Shown here one piece after another: positions 36,824 through 46,374 of a stretch of DNA of 64,000 nt. This DNA is from Burkholderiales bacterium (lineage in GTDB: Bacteria; Pseudomonadota; Gammaproteobacteria; Burkholderiales; UBA11063): NCBI GenBank assembly GCA_035438765.1, contig DAORIZ010000002.1:65249-129248 (forward strand). The letters run 5' to 3'. Numbering within the stretch: the first letter of the stretch is position 1; each line of letters starts with the position of its first letter. The position numbers and the translations under genes are program-made. The notes beneath the pieces were generated by a model. The model worked only from the letters and a program-made list of their open reading frames with translations. It did not search any database and was not told the DNA's origin.

Positions 36824-37726
36824 ATGACACAGAAAACAGTTATAAATAAAGAATATTTTGAAAAAGCTAAGCAACATCTTATAACAAAAGAAAAGCTTCA
36901 GAAAGCAGAAGAAGAAGCAAAGCTGCTTGGTACAGCTATGCAGCAACTTTTACCTGAAATTTTTGAAGATAGGCGTGCAATTCCAAATTGCTTTTTGCGT
37001 GGTGCTTTATTTGGCATGGTTCGTAAAGGACGTAGGAGTTTAGTAGAGAATCAACCTATTTTCACCATGTCGCAATACAAAGTTTCATTTAGTGGTTCTG
37101 AAATGGATCAAAATGATTTAGAGCTGTGGGATACGCTTATGTATCTAGCTAAAAATAGGCAGGTTGATACAGAATTAAGAATTACTCTTTATGATCTATG
37201 TCAACAGATGAGATTAACAGATGCCAAAAGTAATTATGAGCGTTTAACAACTAGGGCAAAAAGATTGGCATTTGGTAAGGTAAGCATTAAAGCCGATAAC
37301 AAAGAATATTTTGGTAGCTTATTAGATGATGTATATATTGATAACGATGGAGATGGTAAGCTTGTTATAAGATATAATAAAAAGCTAGCTCCTTTATTTA
37401 CCGATGGAGACTATACTTTAATAAGCGCAGACATTCGGCACTTGTTAGGAGATAATCAGTTAGCTAGATGGTTGTATAATTTTTATGAAACACACAATCA
37501 ACCTTTACCATTTACCATTGATTTTCTACAAAAGCTTTGCAGAAGTGATAATTCGCCAAAAGACTTCAAATATAAGTTAAAAATAGCTTTAGCTCAAGTA
37601 AAAAAAGCTCACTTGGCTGTTGATATAAAGTCAAAATGGGAATGTGAAATAACTAAAAACAATTATCTTCTAGTATATCCAAATGGGAAGACTAAAAAAC
37701 AATTAGAATTGTTTAGTAGATTTTAG
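36824..37726 (+). CDS. trfA: TrfA-family plasmid replication initiator
   Basis: ...DRRAIPNCFLRGALFGMVRKGRRSL... matches the TrfA signature (PN..LRSALFG). Iterons follow immediately. Confidence 0.7.
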   Translation: MTQKTVINKEYFEKAKQHLITKEKLQKAEEEAKLLGTAMQQLLPEIFEDRRAIPNCFLRGALFGMVRKGRRSLVENQPIFTMSQYKVSFSGSEMDQNDLELWDTLMYLAKNRQVDTELRITLYDLCQQMRLTDAKSNYERLTTRAKRLAFGKVSIKADNKEYFGSLLDDVYIDNDGDGKLVIRYNKKLAPLFTDGDYTLISADIRHLLGDNQLARWLYNFYETHNQPLPFTIDFLQKLCRSDNSPKDFKYKLKIALAQVKKAHLAVDIKSKWECEITKNNYLLVYPNGKTKKQLELFSRF

Positions 37727-37828
37727 CGACCAACTACCGTACTATCAGCGACCAACTACCGTACTATCAGCGACCAACTACCGTACTATCAGCGACCATA
37801 CTACCGTACTATCAGCGACCAAAAAACC
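37725..37828 (+). repeat. iteron array (origin of vegetative replication)
   Basis: AGCGACCAACTACCGTACTATC occurs three times (37725, 37747, 37769). A 23-bp variant AGCGACCATACTACCGTACTATC is at 37791, then a partial AGCGACC. An AT-rich stretch follows. Confidence 0.85.
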
Positions 37829-38274
37829 TATAAACGCCATATTTGCAGTGTTTACAGCTAACCCTAATCCTTTATTTAATCCTTTAAATAATCAGTAAAA
37901 ATCAACACTATTTTTTTACAACAGTGGTTTTATTGATTTTTACAATTAATCAAACCTTAATCCAATATGTTGATTTTTCGGGTGCATTGAGCACCACTCA
38001 GATCGATGCGCTTTGCGCAACTAAAAATAGCTCGCTACGCTCACAAAATCTTAATTTGCTATCTTTGTATGTAACGGTGCTAAAAAATGCAGCTATCGGC
38101 TTAAAAATGCGATTAGGTCGGTAATTAGGGCGCGAATAGCAGTTGTTTTTCTAAAACTATCCCGCGTATCAAGATTTTTCTTATCTAAAGGTTGGTTGAT
38201 AGGGGGTTGCACCCCCTCCCCATTCCGCTATCGCTTCATTACGTCGCCTATCGGCTCCTGCCCCGCTTATATCG

Positions 38275-38557
38275 CTACTCTAAAGACCAAATTTGAGTAT
38301 CGCAGTCTATTGATTGATTACTCCATTTAGCATAGGCTTGTTTGGTTTTGCAGCTAGAATTAATATATTTCAAGTACCCTGTAGCTTTGTTTGCCTGATA
38401 TTGCAGTTTGTAATTGTCCGTTAATTGTGCAGGAATTTTAAAATACCAATTTACACCCCAACCTGTCATAAATCCAAAAACTAAAGTTAGCAAGATAACC
38501 CAGAATTTTAGTTGCCAGCCAGTCCCATTTGAAAGTAGGCTATTGTTGTGTTCTATA
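38275..38557 (-). pseudogene. C-terminal ~93 codons of the split mob-operon gene (TM-containing)
   Basis: The first ~19 codons of ORF 38275..38616 are transposon/IR-encoded. The remainder, IEHNNSLLSNGTGWQLKFWVILLTLVFGFMTGWGV..., continues the 31377-31083 frame. Confidence 0.7.
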
Positions 38558-38598
38558 GGGGTGCCATTCCCAAACCGCAGATTTTTTTGAAATTTGCA
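38558..38598. repeat. 41-bp terminal IR of the second Tn3-family transposon (tnpA end)
   Basis: GGGGTGCCATTCCCAAACCGCAGATTTTTTTGAAATTTGCA, preceded by CTATA at 38553-38557. Confidence 0.85.
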
Positions 38599-38615
38599 TG
38601 AAAGCATTGCCATCA

Positions 38616-41615
38616 CTACCTTATATCCAATTCAATACTTTTAACAATCTCATCCAAATTAATTACCGTACTATCAGAAAACACTAATCTTCCCTGAAAA
38701 TGAATATGCTGCCAGGCTATTGGGGATATCTTTTTAAGCATTTTTAAAGCTTTCTGATTATTTTCTGCTTTGTACCTGTCATATAACTTGGATAAAATCA
38801 TTGAGTTGTAATGGATTATTACATTGGCTATTAATCGGCCACATTGATTGCTTATTTCTAATGCCCAATCAGTTTTGCCAATCAAATGCTTTTTGCCGTA
38901 AGCTTGAGCTATACCTGACCTCAATTGATGATAAGATTCCAACCGATTTTGTGAACGATGCGTGGTACTTATAATGTTTGGATCCAGCAGATATTGTAAT
39001 ATTTGGTTACTCCGAACCAGCTTGTCCAATTCGTATAGTGCTTCCCGGGTTTTGTGTTCCTGCTTGTAGGTACAGAGTTTTTTGATTAGAGAAGCCTGGC
39101 TAACTTCTCCGCTACCTAAGGTTGCGATTATTCGTTCCAGGTTTTCAGACTCAGATAAAATTAACTCACGATTGATTTCCCCACGTGGTTTAATATCGTA
39201 ATTATCGTATTTATCAAGCCACTTCTCACAATATACGTGCTGAAGCTGGTTATCAATATTGGTGAATCGTGGATATAATTCACCATCAAACCAATACATT
39301 ATAACTGAGTTTGCTTTATTCAGAATATGCATGTCCCCAGTTAAAATTTGTGGATTAATTTCACTGGAGTTGTTATACCAAATATCAAAAGCAAAATAGC
39401 TTTCATGGTCATTTGAGCCTAACAAATATGTTTGTAGCGGGACGTGGTTACATAACATTGAATATGCTACTACACCTTTACCTTTGCCAAAATATTTCTT
39501 GCCGTGTCGGGCTTTAATAGTTGGAGTGGCCATGTTAAACTTCTGCCCATCAACTGCTCCATGTAGCATTCCAAACTCGAATGAATAATGTGGAAAAATT
39601 GACATTTGAGCAATACTATTACTAATCATATCATTAGCTGCAATTAATGTTGCTAACCTAAGGCGGGCAAGGTAAGTGTCCTGCAAAGTATTATACGGGA
39701 TATTAGCGATATTTGCCATATTCGCGTTGCCGCTATTCATTCCCTGAGCCAGGATAGACGCTATCAAATGATCAAGATTAGCTTCTGACTTTACATAGCG
39801 AGGCTGGATATGACTAAAACTGTCGAGAAATCTGCATTCTTTATGCACCGTCTTTATGACATTTACAATATCCTGAAAGGGGAAATGCTCATAGAGTGAG
39901 TGTTCAATTTGGTCTTGTTTGGGTAAGGCTGAGCGTTTTAGATGCAGTTTTTTGGTTTTTTCGTCATAATATAGGTGTTTTAGCTTGCCCTGACGATATA
40001 GCCTATGAAATTTCTTCCATAGTTGGTTAGATTTAGCTAGCAGTTCATCAAGTTGTTTAGATATGGGCTTTTTAGCTGTTTCAGCTGTGAGTTTTTGCCA
40101 AATAGCATCCTTCTTATCTTTTGTTACCAGTTCGTCGCTTAAATTGCGATATAGCAAAGAATCTCTAAAATAAGTGTTCCCAGAGATTATTGAATCCTGT
40201 ATTTTACGGTATACCCAATATTCGTAACGGTTCAGGATAAGGACTGTCTGGTCATTGACTTTCTTGGTTAAATAAGGTAGTAATCGCGATGGCAAATTTG
40301 GAAAATCAGTAATATTATGTTTGATCTTTAGGTACTTAAGCCAGTTAATTGCTTCTAACAGTTCACCTTTGGCGCTGGAGAAATCGAGGTTTTGAATCAA
40401 ACAGCGAAGGTTGGATTTTAGATAGGTTGCTACTTTATCTACACTTTCCCAATAAACTATAGCCTCCACGGCGGATGAGCTCTCAGTGATGTATTTGAGA
40501 ATTGCCTGCTTATCTAAAATGTCAAACGCCTTTTGACGCACATCTCCAAAACTCAACTCATCCGAAAGGCTTTCATCCACATAAAATTTAACCAATTGCT
40601 TCATATAGTTCATACTTGCATTTTGTTCAATTGCATTAGCCGCAATTGCCTGCTTATTTATTTCACCTACTTTACCCTGAGCATGGCGCTGATGATAACC
40701 AAAAGCAATGATTAAATTATCAATTATCTGTTGGAAGCGGTGATGTATATAGCATAAGATATATAGATAGCTTTGCTCGACTTTTATATGTTGACGCAAG
40801 TCATAGGCTGAATAATAATGGATGAATGTGCCATAATTATTGATATTGTTTTTTGAAATAGATAACTGTGGTAGTATTCTTTTAGCAATCAGGTAAATCG
40901 GGTGCATTATATTTAACTTCCTGCATTCCTGCAGCATCATGCGTGGTTTAAAATCTTTAGCATCCTGCTTTATTGCAGCTAATTCACTAAGTGTGCTCTC
41001 ATTGCTTACTAGTGCCAGAATTAACTTACTTTCCTCTGAAGTAATTTGATGAATAAGTAAATTACTAATTCTGAATTTCTCGGAGTTAATTGCTGTAATT
41101 ACAACTTCTTGAAGCGTTGTATATTGTGGGCGAATAATTTTTTGCTGTTTGAGGTATGTTAATAGCTCCAAAGCAATAAATTGCTGATTAACGTTAAGCT
41201 TTACCAATTCATTAGCTTTATTCAGCAAAGGGTCACTAAACTGAGATTCCCACATTCGAAAACCATATAATTCAGCTATGGCTGTACATTGAGTGTAATA
41301 TTCGTAATCTGTGATTTTACTTAGCTTAATTTTTTGGTCATAAAAGTATTGCTCCAAAATAAATGAAACAGTTTTATTGCTCACATCATTCCAGGCAACC
41401 TTAAAGAATAGGGTTACTGCTTTAAAATACGCCAGTTGCAAACAGCAATAAACCCGGGCACTCCATGAGCCACGGCTCATTACTATATCCAGCTCCTTTT
41501 GAGTTAAGGTAAGATACTCGTAATGCTGTTCTTCATTGAAATCTGGGGTTTCATAATAAGCAGCGCGTTCAGCTTGAGTTAATATTTCTAAATGCTCATT
41601 AGGTTTATGCTTCAT
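38616..41615 (-). CDS. tnpA: Tn3-family DDE transposase (999 aa)
   Basis: Collinear with the 1016-aa TnpA, with the same N-terminal ...ETPDFNEEQHYEYLTL... pattern. C-terminal ...NRLESYHQLRSGI... motif. Confidence 0.85.
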   Translation of the reverse strand: MKHKPNEHLEILTQAERAAYYETPDFNEEQHYEYLTLTQKELDIVMSRGSWSARVYCCLQLAYFKAVTLFFKVAWNDVSNKTVSFILEQYFYDQKIKLSKITDYEYYTQCTAIAELYGFRMWESQFSDPLLNKANELVKLNVNQQFIALELLTYLKQQKIIRPQYTTLQEVVITAINSEKFRISNLLIHQITSEESKLILALVSNESTLSELAAIKQDAKDFKPRMMLQECRKLNIMHPIYLIAKRILPQLSISKNNINNYGTFIHYYSAYDLRQHIKVEQSYLYILCYIHHRFQQIIDNLIIAFGYHQRHAQGKVGEINKQAIAANAIEQNASMNYMKQLVKFYVDESLSDELSFGDVRQKAFDILDKQAILKYITESSSAVEAIVYWESVDKVATYLKSNLRCLIQNLDFSSAKGELLEAINWLKYLKIKHNITDFPNLPSRLLPYLTKKVNDQTVLILNRYEYWVYRKIQDSIISGNTYFRDSLLYRNLSDELVTKDKKDAIWQKLTAETAKKPISKQLDELLAKSNQLWKKFHRLYRQGKLKHLYYDEKTKKLHLKRSALPKQDQIEHSLYEHFPFQDIVNVIKTVHKECRFLDSFSHIQPRYVKSEANLDHLIASILAQGMNSGNANMANIANIPYNTLQDTYLARLRLATLIAANDMISNSIAQMSIFPHYSFEFGMLHGAVDGQKFNMATPTIKARHGKKYFGKGKGVVAYSMLCNHVPLQTYLLGSNDHESYFAFDIWYNNSSEINPQILTGDMHILNKANSVIMYWFDGELYPRFTNIDNQLQHVYCEKWLDKYDNYDIKPRGEINRELILSESENLERIIATLGSGEVSQASLIKKLCTYKQEHKTREALYELDKLVRSNQILQYLLDPNIISTTHRSQNRLESYHQLRSGIAQAYGKKHLIGKTDWALEISNQCGRLIANVIIHYNSMILSKLYDRYKAENNQKALKMLKKISPIAWQHIHFQGRLVFSDSTVINLDEIVKSIELDIR

Positions 41616-41635
41616 ATCATCTGTTAATGTATAAT

Positions 41636-41653
41636 TAATAACGATCGTTATTA
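41636..41653. promoter_or_regulatory. res-like palindrome TAATAACG-AT-CGTTATTA of the second transposon
   Basis: Perfect 18-bp dyad directly abutting the TACAG duplication. The half-sites are identical to those at 21781-21798. Confidence 0.5.
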
Positions 41654-41700
41654 TACAGGGGTGTTTTGACCCAACCCCTCAAAAGTGTAAAATTTTGAAA

Positions 41701-44700
41701 CTAATTCTCTTCAACCTCAATATTATCAAGGCTCATCAACTTGATAAGTTCATTAAACTCCATATTTAAAAATTCTTTGTTAAACTCATAACGTCCATAA
41801 ATATTAATATGTGCCCAAGCAATTGGTGAGATACGCTTGAGTTGTTCTACTTCATTAGTTTTGCCAGCCTTTTCCAATTTTATCAATAAACTTGATAACA
41901 ATCTTGCATTGTATAAAATAATATTGTTGGCTATAAATCTAGTACATTCATTGTAAATTTGTTGAGACATTTCAGAATGCACATTTAGTTTACCCTCATT
42001 CGCATAGGATATTGCTCGACGAAGTTTGTTATATGACTCACCACGGTTTAGAGCTTTTTGAATGTTTTGACGATAAGTAATGTCATCAATATAACGTAAA
42101 ATATGAATACTGCGAATAATATTGTCTAATTCACATAATGCAGCTTTCGTTCGATTTCTACGTTTATGTGAACTTAACTTACTAATTATTACGCCTTGAG
42201 TGGTTCCTTTGGTGGCTAACGACACCATAATTTTTTTGATGTTATCTTCTTCATCCAAAATAAGCTGTTTATTTACTTTCTTGGTTGGCTTTATCTTATA
42301 TTTGCTGTATTCTTCTTTTGATTTAAAGCCATAAATATGCCCATCAATTTTACCAGCAGTATCCTTATATCTTGGTGCAAAAATATAATCAAAAAAGTAT
42401 AAAATAATGAAATTTACAGCATTAGTTCCATGTGTATCAGTGGATAGAATATCTGGATCAATGTCTGAGGTGTTGTTAAACAGTAGGTCAAATATGAAGT
42501 TACCTTCATACTCATGAGCACCAAGTAATTTAACATTTGCCGCAATATGATTTACTACCAGTGTCAATGCTGACACTCCTTTATTAACGCCAAAGTATTT
42601 TGGTGAACATCTTGAATTAAAAGTGTCGAGGATAGTTTCAATTTTTGTTCCATCAGCACTGGCATGTATAAATTCTTCAAGAATATTATGATGCTTACTA
42701 ATCGGGAGCTTCGCAATCTCATTACTAACTTTATCATTAGCAGCCCGCAATGTTTCTAGTCTTATTCTACTATGTGTGGTAGATGCTAGCGAATTATAGC
42801 TTATATCAGATATTTTACCCATTTCCCCAAGACCGATGAACGTACCCATTGCAATTATGCTGGCTAAAAGACTGCTTGTTTGTAACTCTGATTTATTATA
42901 ACGATTAACCAGCGGTGTAAAACATTCCAAAAGAGAACAATGTTTATTATTCTCAATAATGATATCAGCAATAGCAATCCTCGGCAAATCGTTAAAAACA
43001 TAATGATTGTCGGGCTCATCAAGCTTAGCATATGGCAAACTCCACGTATTTCCTAACTTTTTACCTGATAGTTTTATATGTGGGTTTTCACCAGCATCAA
43101 AACGAGTATTCACTCGCTCAATCCAGTATTCAAGCTCTTTTTCTAATTCATCTAATGTTTCAGACAGTGGCGCAATGAGTTTTTTATAGCCAAGATTCTT
43201 GATAATATTTTCTTTATCTTGCCAACAAGCATCATCAACAAGGTCGTCATCAAAGTTTCTATATTTGTTGCTATCATTAACAAATATATGTCCAGCACCA
43301 CAATTGTTGCTTAATTGTTGATACAACCAGAACTCATACTTATCGCAATTTATAACTTTTGTGTTGCTGACCTCATCACATAAATATGAATATATTGATT
43401 TTGCGATAGCTGTTACTGGGAATTCGCTAGGTTTTACTTTCATTAATGTTCTATAAGTTGTTAGCTTTTGTTTTACAAAATCATAAGATTGCATGAGATT
43501 AGCCGAATTATTATTACCTTTAAAATCTAGACTTAGCAACAATGGTCGTAAGTTTTTCTTGATTCTGCCTGCTATCTGTACATAATAGCTCCATTCTAAG
43601 GCTGTAAGGTCAAATTTCTGATCATTTAAATATTCAGTAAACGCTTTAAATTCATCAAATGGTAATATTTTATAAGCAATATCCTTGATTTTACTAAATG
43701 CAAATTCATCATATTGATTATTATAGAACATTTCAAATATCGATGCTGCTTTCTTAAATTGAGCAGTTTGGATGATTTGTTGTTGTGCAACAAATGTTTT
43801 AGCATACTTATCAGCTTCATGCAAATACCAATCAACATAATGAATAAAACAGTCAATTAGGTTGTCATTCATTTTTTTAAATCGATAGTGAATAAAACAT
43901 ATCAAATAAATTAATGCTTTACTCTTATTCATTCGTTTAAGCTTATAAACATTGTAGTAATCAACCAATGATGCATAATATTTAATGCTGGAATTAGAGA
44001 TGTTCAGCTGTGGTAAAAATTCTTTGGATACATAATATAAATCTTGGATTTGTCTAAGTTTTACTATTTCAGCTTGCATTTCCTTATAACCAAATGACTT
44101 CAACTCACGTTTCAAATAGGTAATTTCATGTAAACTATTATTAGCTTCAAGCAATTTCTCTAGCTTTTTATGTATATCTTGGTTGACCAGTTTATTTAAG
44201 AGCAGTGTTAATCTTTTTTCTTCAGCAGTAATTGCCCTACCAATAATATCCTGCAAAACCGTATAACCAGGGAGGATAACTCTATTTTTATGTAAATATC
44301 GAACCACTTCTTTAAAAATGAATACTGGGTCATTATCAATACTGACCATCTCAGCCACAAATGCTTCAATTTGTTTCTTAATGCTTAAATCACATGCTTT
44401 ATAATCAAATAGCTTTAAGATTTTATATTCTAATTCAAGTCTGGTTGGGCGGCTAATGTTTAATTTGATTTTTTTCTTATATGATGGAAAATACTTAGAC
44501 TTTACAAACTGAAAATTAGCACTGATATTTTTGATTGTTTCTAAATTAAATAACTGTCTACTGGCTTTGAAATAACCAAGAAGTAAAATGAAGTATACTT
44601 TGCTCGCTGTTGAGCCGATACCATTAACTATATTTTCCTCATGGTTATCCAACGTGAGGTAATGTTGTTGCTCATCCGAGTCAAAGTTTTTCGGTTCGTA

Positions 44701-44751
44701 ATAAAATTTAATTTCCGCATTATTTAGAATTGTTAAACGTTTTGTAGTCAT
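41701..44751 (-). CDS. tnpA: Tn3-family DDE transposase (copy 2)
   Basis: Translation identical to 18011..21061. Confidence 0.9.
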   Translation of the reverse strand: MTTKRLTILNNAEIKFYYEPKNFDSDEQQHYLTLDNHEENIVNGIGSTASKVYFILLLGYFKASRQLFNLETIKNISANFQFVKSKYFPSYKKKIKLNISRPTRLELEYKILKLFDYKACDLSIKKQIEAFVAEMVSIDNDPVFIFKEVVRYLHKNRVILPGYTVLQDIIGRAITAEEKRLTLLLNKLVNQDIHKKLEKLLEANNSLHEITYLKRELKSFGYKEMQAEIVKLRQIQDLYYVSKEFLPQLNISNSSIKYYASLVDYYNVYKLKRMNKSKALIYLICFIHYRFKKMNDNLIDCFIHYVDWYLHEADKYAKTFVAQQQIIQTAQFKKAASIFEMFYNNQYDEFAFSKIKDIAYKILPFDEFKAFTEYLNDQKFDLTALEWSYYVQIAGRIKKNLRPLLLSLDFKGNNNSANLMQSYDFVKQKLTTYRTLMKVKPSEFPVTAIAKSIYSYLCDEVSNTKVINCDKYEFWLYQQLSNNCGAGHIFVNDSNKYRNFDDDLVDDACWQDKENIIKNLGYKKLIAPLSETLDELEKELEYWIERVNTRFDAGENPHIKLSGKKLGNTWSLPYAKLDEPDNHYVFNDLPRIAIADIIIENNKHCSLLECFTPLVNRYNKSELQTSSLLASIIAMGTFIGLGEMGKISDISYNSLASTTHSRIRLETLRAANDKVSNEIAKLPISKHHNILEEFIHASADGTKIETILDTFNSRCSPKYFGVNKGVSALTLVVNHIAANVKLLGAHEYEGNFIFDLLFNNTSDIDPDILSTDTHGTNAVNFIILYFFDYIFAPRYKDTAGKIDGHIYGFKSKEEYSKYKIKPTKKVNKQLILDEEDNIKKIMVSLATKGTTQGVIISKLSSHKRRNRTKAALCELDNIIRSIHILRYIDDITYRQNIQKALNRGESYNKLRRAISYANEGKLNVHSEMSQQIYNECTRFIANNIILYNARLLSSLLIKLEKAGKTNEVEQLKRISPIAWAHINIYGRYEFNKEFLNMEFNELIKLMSLDNIEVEEN

Positions 44752-45342
44752 TTATTTTTTTATGTATGATCCAATAATAACATTACGGTGACGAAGATAG
44801 TTATAAAATGTGGATCTGGCAATTCCCAATTGGCTAATAATCTGACTAACTGTTAATTTGCCTTCTTTGTACAGGGTTTCAGCAGCACATGCAATAGATT
44901 CATTTTTCTGTGACAATCCTTTTGGTTTGCCACCCAGCCTACCCCTAGCACGTGCAGCAGCCAATCCAGCAGTAGTTCTTTCCTGAATTAAATCACGCTC
45001 AAATTCAGCTAATGATGCAAAAATGTTAAATATTAATCTACCTTGTGGTGTGGTGGTATCAATGTGGTCATGTAAGCTCCTGAGTCCAACGTCTTGTTGA
45101 ATAAACTTGTTGACTAATTCTACCAAATGTTTTAAAGACCTACCAAGACGGTCTAGTTTCCAAATCACAACAATATCTCCAGGTCGCAAATTATTAACTA
45201 ATTCCTGTAATTTTGGTCTGTCGGCTTTAGTACCACTCATTACCTCAGCATAAATTTTTTCGCAACCATCTTGTTTTAGGGCATCGGTTTGTAAATCTAA
45301 ATTCTGGTCTTTAGTTGATATTCTTGCATAGCCAATTTTCAT
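44752..45342 (-). CDS. tnpR: serine recombinase / resolvase (copy 2)
   Basis: Translation identical to 21062..21652. Confidence 0.9.
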   Translation of the reverse strand: MKIGYARISTKDQNLDLQTDALKQDGCEKIYAEVMSGTKADRPKLQELVNNLRPGDIVVIWKLDRLGRSLKHLVELVNKFIQQDVGLRSLHDHIDTTTPQGRLIFNIFASLAEFERDLIQERTTAGLAAARARGRLGGKPKGLSQKNESIACAAETLYKEGKLTVSQIISQLGIARSTFYNYLRHRNVIIGSYIKK

Positions 45343-45521
45343 AGATACACCTTGTAAATGTTCGTTTTAATCAGTAAAAATATTATTACAGAACTTTGAA
45401 ATAGAATACTAGTATTATAAACTGATTTTGAGGTATAATACACAATATTTTCAGTTTTAAAAATAGTCTTTAATAACGGACGTTATTACGAACTTTGTTT
45501 TTTCTGTCTAAGGTAAAAGAT

Positions 45522-46343
45522 ATGACTCCGTACAATGATATCAATGAAATTCTATCTTTCATGGCAAATAGCATTCAAGGCATTTTAGGTAATAATTTGA
45601 TTGGCTTATATTTATGTGGTTCTTTATCTTATGGTGATTTTAACCCGAATAGTAGTGATATTGATTTAATCACAGTCTTAGCTCAACCACTCAATAATTC
45701 TGAAACTAAATTAATAAAACAACTACATTTACAGATTGAGGATTTATCTAAAAAATGGAAAGATAGATTAGAATGCTCATATACACCAATTAATATGTTT
45801 AAAAATATTTTACCACCTAAAGAACCTCGGCCATATTATGGCGGTGCAATTTTTTATGAAGAAGCTCCATATGGAAATGAATGGATTATAAATAATTATT
45901 TGTTATATCAACATGGTATTTCTCTTATAGGACCAGAATTCAAGAAATTAATTAAACCTATTGATCTCATCGAAGTGCAAAGAGCGTGTATACAAGATTT
46001 ATTTCAGGAGTGGGAACCAAAAATAAAAGACACAGAATGGCTAGACAATAGTCATTATCAATCCTATATTGTTATGAACCTATGCAGAATTCTATATACT
46101 GTCTTACATGGAGTTACTGGCACAAAAAAGACTTCTGCTGAGTGGGTTAAAAAGGAATTTGGTTTGCCATGGAGTAATCTAATTGAACATGCTGCACATT
46201 GGGAGTACGGTAAAAAATTACTCTTAAAAAGTGAAACTATTAATTTCATTAAATTTTGTGTGAACGAAATTAAACAAACAGAAACATATAAGCAGATGTT
46301 ATCTAAAAACTCTGTGAGATCGTTGTGTACAGGAATTGAATAA
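45522..46343 (+). CDS. ANT/AadA-like nucleotidyltransferase (copy 2)
   Basis: Translation identical to 21832..22653. Confidence 0.55.
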   Translation: MTPYNDINEILSFMANSIQGILGNNLIGLYLCGSLSYGDFNPNSSDIDLITVLAQPLNNSETKLIKQLHLQIEDLSKKWKDRLECSYTPINMFKNILPPKEPRPYYGGAIFYEEAPYGNEWIINNYLLYQHGISLIGPEFKKLIKPIDLIEVQRACIQDLFQEWEPKIKDTEWLDNSHYQSYIVMNLCRILYTVLHGVTGTKKTSAEWVKKEFGLPWSNLIEHAAHWEYGKKLLLKSETINFIKFCVNEIKQTETYKQMLSKNSVRSLCTGIE

Positions 46344-46374
46344 AATTTAACTAATTACAAAAGATGACTTTAAT

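Larger units (their letters stand above)
38558..41653 (-). mobile_element. second Tn3-family transposon, transposase half
   Basis: IR, then the 999-aa tnpA, then the res-like palindrome. Truncated at the TACAG junction by copy 2 of the first transposon. Confidence 0.75.

Noticed and set aside
37725-37828. Direct repeats as a CRISPR array
   Set aside because: The 22/23-bp units are contiguous with no spacers, and they directly follow a TrfA-type initiator gene. These are iterons. I saw no CRISPR-like repeat-spacer structure anywhere in the window.
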